Shown one piece after another: positions 1 through 8,241 of a DNA stretch of 42,489 nucleotides (position 1 is the stretch's first letter; every line of letters begins with the position of its first letter). Position numbers and translations under genes: made by a program. A model generated the notes under the pieces. That model ran no database searches. It worked only from the letters and a program-made list of their open reading frames with translations, and had not been told where the DNA came from. The stretch lies in contig JBAXXQ010000001.1 in assembly GCA_037127795.1 (NCBI GenBank), forward strand, positions 471,198 through 513,686. The letters are read 5' to 3'. This stretch comes from a bacterium. Its GTDB lineage: Bacteria > Patescibacteriota > Minisyncoccia > Phycocordibacterales > UBA9973.

Positions 1-191
1 ACTTTCGCAGAAAACACAATTAAATCAGGCTCCCAGCTGCATGCAATATTTCGCATTGCACCGAGATTGCAAACTCTTTTTTCCGTCCCTGGAAATTCCT
101 CTTTGTTCTTTAAAAATCGCTCTACAGCGTTTTCCAATTCTTCATTTTTAAATATATACAAAATCCTTACATGATTTTGATCTTTTTTCAT
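1..191 (-). CDS. Partial ORF (runs off window start), receiver-domain-like hypothetical protein
   Basis: Translated by hand from ATG at 191: MKKDQNHVRILYIFKNEELENAVERFLKNKEEFPGTEKRVCNLGAMRNIACSWEPDLIVFSAK..., open to the window edge. RILYI and PDLIV strands recall CheY-like beta1/beta3. Confidence 0.6.
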   Translation of the reverse strand, partial: MKKDQNHVRILYIFKNEELENAVERFLKNKEEFPGTEKRVCNLGAMRNIACSWEPDLIVFSAK

Positions 192-289
192 GTCATGTAA
201 TTTGTATATATAATACCTTTCCTTATATGAAAGTCAATATATCTTTACAAAATAGTGTGTTTTTAGTATTGTTTGAAAAAATGAAATAT

Positions 290-508
290 ATGAGTACAAC
301 AAAATTATCAAAAGAAACACAAGAAGTTATTGATGTAATCAATAATCCAGAAATTTCTGATGCAGCTGCCAGAAAAAAGATTGAAGCAGTTACCGATATT
401 CCACAAAACGAAAAAGATTTAATATTTAATTGTCTTTTAGAAAAACGAGAATCATTATTTAAATCTTGGCAATTAGAAGTAGCTACCAGCTATATGCTTG
501 GTAGTTGA
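290..508 (+). CDS. Small hypothetical protein
   Basis: ORF 227..508; likely start ATG 290 (MSTTKLSKETQEV...). Charged and helical, no recognisable motif. Confidence 0.55.
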   Translation: MSTTKLSKETQEVIDVINNPEISDAAARKKIEAVTDIPQNEKDLIFNCLLEKRESLFKSWQLEVATSYMLGS

Positions 509-579
509 CAGGTGCACGCGCGTAGACCAAGAGTGCTCTTTAGGAGTTCGGAAACCAGCGTCACGATAGCCCACCTCTC

Positions 580-610
580 TAGCCGCACTTTTATAAGTGA
601 CGGCTTTTTT
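580..610. terminator. Probable bidirectional intrinsic terminator
   Basis: AGCCGCACTT-TTAT-AAGTGACGGCT hairpin followed by a T-run, between convergent genes. Confidence 0.7.
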
Positions 611-612
611 AT

Positions 613-1038
613 TTAAAACTTTCCAGTACTTCCAAACCCACCTTCTCCCCGAACAGTATCAGAAAGCTCTGCGACTTCTACAAGATCACAATCTTCAAAT
701 TTTTGAATAATCATCTGTGCGATTTTTTGCCCTTTTGCAATAGTCCGTGTCTCAGAAGACATGTTGATCATCCCTATAATAAACTCTCCGCGAAATCCTG
801 CATCGATAACACCACCCACTGTCTTGAGATTGTTATTAAAAGAAATACTAGATTTGTCCCAGACGAGCCCTACATATCCACGAGGTATCTCAAGTGCTAT
901 ACCAGTACACACTCGCAATTGTTGCCCCGGAAGAAACACTACTTCTTCAAGTGTATAAAAATCAATCCCCGCATCTCCAGGGTGCCCTTTTGTTGGCATC
1001 TTTGCTTCACTATCAAGTTTTTTTATTTTGAGTTCCAC
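613..1038 (-). CDS. dut: dUTP diphosphatase
   Basis: Motifs AGIDF, KSS, GVIDAGFRGE, IAQMII, RGEGGFGSTG of trimeric dUTPases. Confidence 0.97.
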   Translation of the reverse strand: MELKIKKLDSEAKMPTKGHPGDAGIDFYTLEEVVFLPGQQLRVCTGIALEIPRGYVGLVWDKSSISFNNNLKTVGGVIDAGFRGEFIIGMINMSSETRTIAKGQKIAQMIIQKFEDCDLVEVAELSDTVRGEGGFGSTGKF

Positions 1039-1049
1039 AGTGATTTTTA

Positions 1050-1481
1050 TTATATGTTATAAAAATGTTTTATACAAAAATCCATATCTTGAATTAAATC
1101 TATTTTTAATGCCTCTTTTGGCCCTATCCACTGAAAGTCTTTATGCTCATTATCTCGTATTTGTATGACAGGCTCTATATTCAATTTTAAAGAAAACATA
1201 TGGTAAATAAAATCATATGTTGGGTATCGTACAAAAACCTTATCAATATAAATAAATTCTTCTGGTTTTACTACAAGACCTATTTCTTCAAAAATTTCTC
1301 GAATCATTGACTGCTCGGCATTTTCTCCTGGATCTATTTTTCCAGCAGGCGCACCCCAAGTACCACCTTGTGGCTTATAGTCTTGTCTGTGTAAAAGTAA
1401 AATTTTGCCGTCATACTCAACAAAACAACTAACTACTTCAAACTTAGGATTAAAATTTTCTGGCTTTTCAAAAGAGATCAT
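1050..1481 (-). CDS. NUDIX hydrolase
   Basis: Nudix box PAGKIDPGENAEQSMIREIFEEIGL. Confidence 0.93.
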   Translation of the reverse strand: MISFEKPENFNPKFEVVSCFVEYDGKILLLHRQDYKPQGGTWGAPAGKIDPGENAEQSMIREIFEEIGLVVKPEEFIYIDKVFVRYPTYDFIYHMFSLKLNIEPVIQIRDNEHKDFQWIGPKEALKIDLIQDMDFCIKHFYNI

Positions 1482-1501
1482 GAACTAATTAAAACAAAAA
1501 A

Positions 1502-1831
1502 TTAACCTATACGTAAAAAGAAAAGGAAGCCTATTAATAAAAAAAGAAGAAATCCTGAAATTATTACTGATAAGCTTATTAAACAAGCAAATAATGTTTT
1601 AATATTTGTTTTTAATTTAATAATTTTATAAAAAAAATAAAAACTAATTACTGGTACTATTACTAAAATAGTTAACCATATCAAAGATATAATTATTGAA
1701 TCTGCATTTTGATTGAAAAAATTTTTAGATATTAAAAACCAACTACCATAACATATTGGCCACCATATTAGATATACCACTCCTATAAATAATACTTTTT
1801 TCCACCATGTTGTAATTTTATTTTGCTCCAT
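1502..1831 (-). CDS. Small 3-TM membrane protein, tandem paralogue 5
   Basis: MEQNKITTWWKK N-terminus and three hydrophobic segments; homologous to neighbours. Confidence 0.85.
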   Translation of the reverse strand: MEQNKITTWWKKVLFIGVVYLIWWPICYGSWFLISKNFFNQNADSIIISLIWLTILVIVPVISFYFFYKIIKLKTNIKTLFACLISLSVIISGFLLFLLIGFLFFLRIG

Positions 1832-1901
1832 ATTATTTTAAAACTAACTTATTTCTTGTGACCTATTCATATTTTTATCTTAAGGTGTATTATAAGCTAC
1901 T

Positions 1902-2201
1902 TTACATATAGAAAAAAGAACCTAGCTCAATAAAAAGAAATAATAAAAAGAAAACTGTAATAAAATTTAAAATAAAAAGTTTTTTTAAATTTATGTTAGT
2001 TTTTTTATTTAAATAAAAAGGTAGATAATAAGCAGATCCGACTGGTAAAATAACTAAATAAAAAATCCAATAAAATAGCAGTAACCAATTTGGACTTTTT
2101 CCACTTAATAAATTAAAAGGTGATAAAAAAGTACTCAAGTAAAAAATTACGAATAATAGTAAGTAAATTTTAATTATTTCTAAAATCTTATTTTTTTTCA
2201 T
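1902..2201 (-). CDS. Small 3-TM membrane protein, divergent tandem paralogue 4
   Basis: MKKNKI start, same size and hydrophobicity pattern, conserved Pro in TM2 (ILPVGS); lacks TTWWKK. Confidence 0.75.
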   Translation of the reverse strand: MKKNKILEIIKIYLLLFVIFYLSTFLSPFNLLSGKSPNWLLLFYWIFYLVILPVGSAYYLPFYLNKKTNINLKKLFILNFITVFFLLFLFIELGSFFYM

Positions 2202-2206
2202 ATATT

Positions 2207-2530
2207 TTAACCAATCTCTGGATGCATTTGAGATAATCCTATTAAAAGTACACCTATTAACCCCAAAATTACAATAAGAGTTATTAATGTATAAAAAACT
2301 CTTTGATTTAAGTCATAAATCTTAGTAATTTTTCCACCAATCCAAAAAGCTGATATAGGACTAATTAAAATAAGTATTCCTGAAAGTATATTTAAAAAAG
2401 AATTATTAACTCCTTCTGGTTTAATCGACTGAAAAGTAAAAATACCAAAACAAATAATCCACCAAAAAATATAAATAATTAAAATAAGTAATACTTTTTT
2501 CCACCATGTTGTAATTTTATTTTGCTCCAT
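2207..2530 (-). CDS. Small 3-TM membrane protein, tandem paralogue 3
   Basis: MEQNKITTWWKK from ATG 2530 (ORF track starts at 2536); three TMs. Confidence 0.85.
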   Translation of the reverse strand: MEQNKITTWWKKVLLILIIYIFWWIICFGIFTFQSIKPEGVNNSFLNILSGILILISPISAFWIGGKITKIYDLNQRVFYTLITLIVILGLIGVLLIGLSQMHPEIG

Positions 2531-2538
2531 ATTCACTA

Positions 2539-2871
2539 TTAATAACCACTAAAGATTATAAAAATGATAGATAGGATATTAAACATAACACCTAAAAAAA
2601 TGATAAAAGAAATAATCTTATAAAAAAGTTGCTCTTTTATAAAAATCATATCTATTATTTTTTTTCCAATATAAAAACCCAAAAATGGAACAATTACAGT
2701 CGCATAAAAAATAATAATGCCTGCTACTACATGAGAATCACTGTCTGGTTTTTTAGAAAAAAAATCTTGTAAAAAGAAAAGTAATCCCCCATAAAAAATC
2801 AACCACCAAGCAATATACACCCCTCCTATAAGTAATATCTTTTTCCACCAAGTTGTAATTTTATTTTTCAT
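2539..2871 (-). CDS. Small 3-TM membrane protein, tandem paralogue 2
   Basis: MKNKITTWWKK N-terminus; three TMs. Confidence 0.85.
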   Translation of the reverse strand: MKNKITTWWKKILLIGGVYIAWWLIFYGGLLFFLQDFFSKKPDSDSHVVAGIIIFYATVIVPFLGFYIGKKIIDMIFIKEQLFYKIISFIIFLGVMFNILSIIFIIFSGY

Positions 2872-2888
2872 AATTACTATATAATTTA

Positions 2889-3212
2889 TTATACTATTTT
2901 AAAAGAAGATAAACCAACTAAAACATAGAATAACCACAAAGAGCATATTAAGTACAAAAAATGTGTAAAATAAAGTAATTTTATCTCAATTTTTGTAATT
3001 TTACTTATTTTATATGGAATTAAAAAACTTAATACAGGAATAATTCCAAAAAAATAAACAGGTGCACTATTAGATATAGTATCTGATAAATTATTTATAC
3101 TATTATTAAAATAAAAAACTGGTATTCCGTAAAAAATTACCCACCAAGTTGTATAGATACTGGTTATTAACAATGATTTTTTCCACCATGTTGTAATTTT
3201 ATTTTGCTCCAT
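2889..3212 (-). CDS. Small 3-TM membrane protein, tandem paralogue 1
   Basis: MEQNKITTWWKK N-terminus; starts 9 nt after the lipase-like gene stop. Confidence 0.85.
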   Translation of the reverse strand: MEQNKITTWWKKSLLITSIYTTWWVIFYGIPVFYFNNSINNLSDTISNSAPVYFFGIIPVLSFLIPYKISKITKIEIKLLYFTHFLYLICSLWLFYVLVGLSSFKIV

Positions 3213-3221
3213 ATATATAGT

Positions 3222-6200
3222 CTACAATATAATTAATTTTTTGATAAATTGTAATACTCGCACATACCAGGGATATTTTTTGGGTATTTCTGGTAGGGTA
3301 TTATTTTGTGAAAGTGTGTTTGTCGAAGTACTTTGTACAATCTTAGTATCTTGCACTTTTTTATGTTTTATATCACCGGTCTTTTTATCTCCTAGTACTA
3401 CCAATTTTTCTGGGATAGTACCTTGCTTTTCTTCTTTTGAAATAATAATTTCTGTTTTATCTTTTTCTACATCAATAGGTTTTATTCCACCATGGTTTTG
3501 TATTTGAGATATTATTGGAGTACTTAAAGAATCTTTTGCAAATACTGTACTATCCACCACCCCATCACCGTTTTCATCAAGCGCAACACTATAGCTAGTA
3601 TTTTGCGCACTTATATCCATATGTGCCTTCATAGACAAACTATCTATAGGGAGCTTGGTAAAATATGCACTACTAGTAACAACATCTTGAGTATCTATCT
3701 TATGTATATACATATCGTATGTACCCATATGCTCTGCAGTATTTACTATTTTGTATTGAGGGCCATCTGGTAAATATGCGTATTTTTGATCTTCAATAAT
3801 ATTGTAGGTGACATTCGGTATGCTGTACTCAATACTACCATCAGGTAGTGGGCCAGTATGATTCCCCTTATCGTCATAAATCTGTAAAGTAACAGGACTA
3901 TGATTTTCTATTGAAGTCCCAGACTGTAAACAAATATCTGGACTACTAGAAAACGAATTGTTTGTATCTATACTTTTTCCAGAAAGAATATTTACTATCG
4001 CATTTCGTATTCCTTCTACAGAAGGAAGCTCTGCATGGCTTCCTATATTTGAATAAAAATGTTGACCTTGGTTTATAAAATTTGCACTCTTGAGAGGTAC
4101 TGTTTCATCTCCTTCTACATACCCAATACTAAATGCTTCAATATATGGGAAATATGCACCTTTAGTAATATTTATATTTTGTATTGTCTTTGTACTACAC
4201 CCAGCAAAATCATACACATGGGTATTTTTGTATATAGGGGTATTATCAACCATATTATGCAAGATATCTGCGTAATTAAACATATCAGCATTTCTTCCAG
4301 AATTGATCATAAGATTTTTTGTATCTTCAATATCTAAATTAGTAGTATTTAAACTTACATAACTACCAAATTGTGCGCTTGGTAAAAGCTCATAGATAGA
4401 TGGCATATTTTGAGAAATTGATTTTATTCTTGTTTGACTCAAAATATTAATACCTAGTCCACCTATACCTAAATTATCTCCATACATAAGTGCCTTAAAT
4501 GCTTTTGGTGCACCAAGATGTGGTGTACCTACAAAAAATAAATTATCTATGTTTTGGTCCCCATATTCTGCAATATAGCGTTTTGTAATAAGTCCGCCCA
4601 TACTATGCGCAATAATATCTATACTATCATATCCAGTATCTTGCATTACTTGATCTATTTTTTGTTTCAATTTATCTGCACTTGTTTTACTATCAAAACG
4701 CCAATCGTATGGAAATACGAATAAGTCGGTATTTTCTACATACCCATCTTTATTTTTCAAATCTGCTATTAGGTAATCAAAAGTATGTGTAAATGCTGCA
4801 GATCTAATAATATCCCCTGTTACTATATGGTAACCAGGATCTTCTGTACCATCATATTTTAATGATAAAGGATTCAAAAAATGATCAAATAAATTAGTAA
4901 AAAGTTTAAACAAGCTAGGCCAAATTTCTTCATTATTATCATACGCTTTTAGAAGTTGTGTCCCAGAAATTCCTGGAATAATAATCACCGGCACACGAGA
5001 ATTTTTGGGATCGTGCCGCAAGAATGGCGCAAAATTCACTACACTTGGATCAGGCACAAAGCTATCTATGCTTGGACCATCTTTTGTCCCCCACCAGTTT
5101 TTTGAAATATCTAAACCAGGCCCTATATACAATACATTGAGATTATTTGTATCATGAATACTATTATTTTTTATTTCAGAATCTGCTGATTGATCAAAAA
5201 TACGCAATGCAAATGCTGTCGTATTATATATTTCACTATCGTGCATTTGTATAGAGACAGTACTACCTTGCTGTCCATCAGTCTCTATTCCTTGTCCGAC
5301 ATCATGTATTTTTACATGTGATACAACAAGGCTCGAGCCTGGATATATAGTAATCCCAGCATTTCCATTTTTTATTTCTGTATTGGTAATCTGTGCAGTA
5401 GAAGAATTACCAGACATGATTCCCATCCAGCTTGCTTTGTCTATATCGCTATCTTGGATATGTAACGTGCTCGCATCAAAACCACTAATACCAGTGTTTG
5501 CATTTTTTATATGGACTGTATTGAGTGAAAGATTTGTATTTGAAATACTTATTGCAGTATTAGTCGTAATATCAATACTGGTATTAGTGAAAGTAGCGAT
5601 AGTATCCGCAAGTACAATTGCATTATTGGTACTACTTACTACAGACGAGTCAATCAAATCTATATGTGATTTTGAAAATACATATATCCCAATATCGCAA
5701 TCAAGAATACTAATATTATCAATATGAAGCGTACTTGTATCTCCCAAAACCCCTGTATTTGCTCCAGATATGGCTGTGTGAGATATAGTCGCTGTACTAT
5801 CATACAGCGATACACCGCCACTATTCATATCTATATAACTAAATACCGCATCGCCACCATATACAACTATTTCATATTTATTCCCATCAAATTGCACATG
5901 ACTATCTGGATTACCTTGTATATGAATACTTCCCAAAACAAGCATATCTGCACCATCTGCAAAATATAATATTGCGCCCAGATCTATAGCTAAATCAGTA
6001 CCTTCTGACACAGTCGATCTTCCATATAGACTATAGCTCCCATCTCCACCAGTAAGTGTATTACTATCAGCAATAGTACTACCTTCTACTATTTTCCAAC
6101 CTTGTATACCTGTTTGTACAAAACTAGTACCAGTATGCACAAAACGCGTAGCGAAGGTGATTTGTGCAGGAATTTTTACAGAAGTAAAAGTAGTTTGCTG

Positions 6201-6638
6201 CACGGCGATATCTGCATCATCGGCAGATATCGCCGTGCCCGTATGCGCAAAATCTGTATACAAAAAATCTCCACTTGCTACAGTAGAGAATATAAAACCA
6301 CCCCATGCTGTATCAGGTGTTTGTGTATCAAACACAATATGATTATCTGTTGTGCCTTGTGCCACTATCGCACCATCGACCTGTATATGTGCATTTGGTA
6401 CAAATAACACCTGCACACCAGAATCTATAGTGAGCGTCGCAGTATCACCAATATCAATATTATTTTTGACAATATATGGGCTCGCATCGAGTGTCCAATG
6501 TGTATCTTGCGTAATATCACTAGAGATAGATGTATCTGCGAAACTTTTTGAGGGAGACAAAAACACGCACAAGATAATTGTGCAACATGCAAACAAAAAC
6601 CTTTTTTGTTTACGCACCATTAATCCAAGTATATACAA
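3222..6638 (-). CDS. Secreted protein: parallel beta-helix repeats + LCAT/PGAP1-like alpha/beta hydrolase (phospholipase/acyltransferase-like)
   Basis: Signal peptide (likely start ATG 6620, ...SKSFA|D), long beta-helix-like repeats, then PVIIIPGISGT, FPYDWR, IIAHSMGG (GxSxG-type nucleophile elbow), GTPHLGAP, GDETVP (Asp), SHAELP (His); amphipathic C-terminal tail. Confidence 0.85.
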   Translation of the reverse strand: MYILGLMVRKQKRFLFACCTIILCVFLSPSKSFADTSISSDITQDTHWTLDASPYIVKNNIDIGDTATLTIDSGVQVLFVPNAHIQVDGAIVAQGTTDNHIVFDTQTPDTAWGGFIFSTVASGDFLYTDFAHTGTAISADDADIAVQQTTFTSVKIPAQITFATRFVHTGTSFVQTGIQGWKIVEGSTIADSNTLTGGDGSYSLYGRSTVSEGTDLAIDLGAILYFADGADMLVLGSIHIQGNPDSHVQFDGNKYEIVVYGGDAVFSYIDMNSGGVSLYDSTATISHTAISGANTGVLGDTSTLHIDNISILDCDIGIYVFSKSHIDLIDSSVVSSTNNAIVLADTIATFTNTSIDITTNTAISISNTNLSLNTVHIKNANTGISGFDASTLHIQDSDIDKASWMGIMSGNSSTAQITNTEIKNGNAGITIYPGSSLVVSHVKIHDVGQGIETDGQQGSTVSIQMHDSEIYNTTAFALRIFDQSADSEIKNNSIHDTNNLNVLYIGPGLDISKNWWGTKDGPSIDSFVPDPSVVNFAPFLRHDPKNSRVPVIIIPGISGTQLLKAYDNNEEIWPSLFKLFTNLFDHFLNPLSLKYDGTEDPGYHIVTGDIIRSAAFTHTFDYLIADLKNKDGYVENTDLFVFPYDWRFDSKTSADKLKQKIDQVMQDTGYDSIDIIAHSMGGLITKRYIAEYGDQNIDNLFFVGTPHLGAPKAFKALMYGDNLGIGGLGINILSQTRIKSISQNMPSIYELLPSAQFGSYVSLNTTNLDIEDTKNLMINSGRNADMFNYADILHNMVDNTPIYKNTHVYDFAGCSTKTIQNINITKGAYFPYIEAFSIGYVEGDETVPLKSANFINQGQHFYSNIGSHAELPSVEGIRNAIVNILSGKSIDTNNSFSSSPDICLQSGTSIENHSPVTLQIYDDKGNHTGPLPDGSIEYSIPNVTYNIIEDQKYAYLPDGPQYKIVNTAEHMGTYDMYIHKIDTQDVVTSSAYFTKLPIDSLSMKAHMDISAQNTSYSVALDENGDGVVDSTVFAKDSLSTPIISQIQNHGGIKPIDVEKDKTEIIISKEEKQGTIPEKLVVLGDKKTGDIKHKKVQDTKIVQSTSTNTLSQNNTLPEIPKKYPWYVRVLQFIKKLIIL

Positions 6639-6693
6639 TATTTTTTATTTAGCAAAAATACCAACATAAATAATTGATGCTATACTACTTTAT

Positions 6694-7083
6694 ATGTTTG
6701 AATCATTTCATATCGAATCACAAGAAAATAAAAAAATCTCTCGAGAAACACTTATTGAAGAGCTCAAAAAAGATAGCTCTGAAGGGAGCCCTTCACGAGA
6801 ACTTCTCGGTACCTATATAGAGCAAGAACAATCTGCGATAGCTGGTGCAGAAACAACTCCAGAAAATACTCGCGAACAAGGCCGCGCAATTACTCTTTTT
6901 GAAATAGATCTCGCACGTATATATATTGAAATAGGAAGTCCAGATTTTTTGGACGCGGCATGGGAATCCCTCAACGGCTCTGAATTTGAAGACGGGTTAC
7001 GGAGAGCTGCAGCAACAAGCTTCGCAGACCTCGTCCCAGAGATAGATATACTCCTAGATAAAATACAAGAACATAGAGGATAA
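6694..7083 (+). CDS. Hypothetical protein
   Basis: 129 aa acidic helical ORF filling the gap between convergent neighbours. Confidence 0.7.
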   Translation: MFESFHIESQENKKISRETLIEELKKDSSEGSPSRELLGTYIEQEQSAIAGAETTPENTREQGRAITLFEIDLARIYIEIGSPDFLDAAWESLNGSEFEDGLRRAAATSFADLVPEIDILLDKIQEHRG

Positions 7084-7084
7084 C

Positions 7085-7714
7085 TTACAAAACATCTACC
7101 GCGAATCCTTTTTCTGTTGCGAGTTTTACAAACACTTCTTTTGTATCAGGTGTTTTGTCATAATGCATAGGGACGATAGCACATATATGCCTAAAAGTAG
7201 AAACAAATGCAAGAGCTTCTTCGGGTCCAAATGTGTAATGACCACCGACAGGGATAAGTGCGAGATCTACTTCTAAATCTACAACATCCATACCAGACGG
7301 ATAATACATATCTCCTGCAAAATAAATTTTCTTCGCATCGACTTCAATAAGAAAGCCAAAATTTTCTAATGGGCGGAGTGTTGCATTGGGACCATGATCC
7401 ACATCAAAAAATGAAATCTTGATACCTTGTATATCTATAGTTTCTCCGACTTTGACTTCTGTGATTTCTGTATCAATTTCTTCTTCTCCAAGGAGTTCGA
7501 TACATTCTCGATTGAGATATAATTTTTTGGGAGCGATCTTCTTTACTTGTGGTATTGCAAAATGGTCACCATGTAAATGAGAGCTTAGCATAGCGTCTAC
7601 CATGTGCTCATGTACATTTTCTGCTGGAGAAAAAGCTCCTATATCAATACCAAGCTTGTATCCTGCATCTGTCTCAATAATAAATCCTGATTGTTCTAGT
7701 TTTTGTATTTTCAT
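7085..7714 (-). CDS. MBL-fold metallo-hydrolase
   Basis: SHLHGDH (HxHxDH), DHG, YFAGD, LIPVGGHYT, PMHY motifs. Confidence 0.93.
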   Translation of the reverse strand: MKIQKLEQSGFIIETDAGYKLGIDIGAFSPAENVHEHMVDAMLSSHLHGDHFAIPQVKKIAPKKLYLNRECIELLGEEEIDTEITEVKVGETIDIQGIKISFFDVDHGPNATLRPLENFGFLIEVDAKKIYFAGDMYYPSGMDVVDLEVDLALIPVGGHYTFGPEEALAFVSTFRHICAIVPMHYDKTPDTKEVFVKLATEKGFAVDVL

Positions 7715-7734
7715 ATGATTATTTTAGTATATAT

Positions 7735-7759
7735 AAAAAGCGCTCCATATGGAGCGCTT
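7735..7759 (-). terminator. Intrinsic terminator (perfect 22 bp palindrome)
   Basis: AAGCGCTCCATATGGAGCGCTT at 7738..7759, with an A-run giving a U-tail on the minus strand after the 7776 stop. Confidence 0.75.
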
Positions 7760-7775
7760 AATTGTAGTTATTCTT

Positions 7776-8183
7776 TTACGATTTGTGCACTCGGTGAAAA
7801 TCTCTAACAAAGCGTATTTCTTCTATACCTATAGTACTCAGATGTACTGGTATAGTTAGCGCGACTATATCTGTCACAATACTAGTCCCTTTGTCTGTTT
7901 CCCAAAAAAATCCTTCATCAAGACTAATACTTTTTAATTCCAAATTATTTATTTTGTGTTTAGTGGTATCTTTTTTATTTCTTAAATACCACCCGTCAAA
8001 AATATTAGCTATTTGAAATACATTTTTAGATTCAGTTTTGAAATATACTTGTGAAAAATTTTTTCCTAAATGTGAAAGCGGGAAAAAATTAAAACTTTCT
8101 GCATGATACAAATTGATACCTCTATCACTATTTAATCGAAGACCAATAGCAGCAGGGGTACTTAATACTTCTATATTTTTCAT
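7776..8183 (-). CDS. Hypothetical protein
   Basis: ORF 7776..8216; likely start ATG 8183 (MKNIEV...). No motif recognised. Confidence 0.65.
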   Translation of the reverse strand: MKNIEVLSTPAAIGLRLNSDRGINLYHAESFNFFPLSHLGKNFSQVYFKTESKNVFQIANIFDGWYLRNKKDTTKHKINNLELKSISLDEGFFWETDKGTSIVTDIVALTIPVHLSTIGIEEIRFVRDFHRVHKS

Positions 8184-8241
8184 TATATATGTTTTTGTTT
8201 GTAATAATAAAATCACAATAATACAAAAAAGTCAATTACTT

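Larger units (their letters stand above)
1790..3214. repeat. Dispersed direct repeat covering the start codons of the membrane paralogues
   Basis: 1790..1834 is identical to 2489..2533 (45 bp). 3177..3214 matches 38 bp of it exactly. A variant lies at about 2840..2871. Confidence 0.95.

Noticed and set aside
1502-3212. Diversity-generating retroelement as the source of paralogue variation
   Set aside because: No reverse transcriptase and no template/variable repeat pair differing only at adenines; the identity is at the 5' ends.
1790-3214. CRISPR array interpretation of the 38-45 bp repeats
   Set aside because: The repeats are coding, spaced 340-700 bp apart by full genes, and there are no cas genes.
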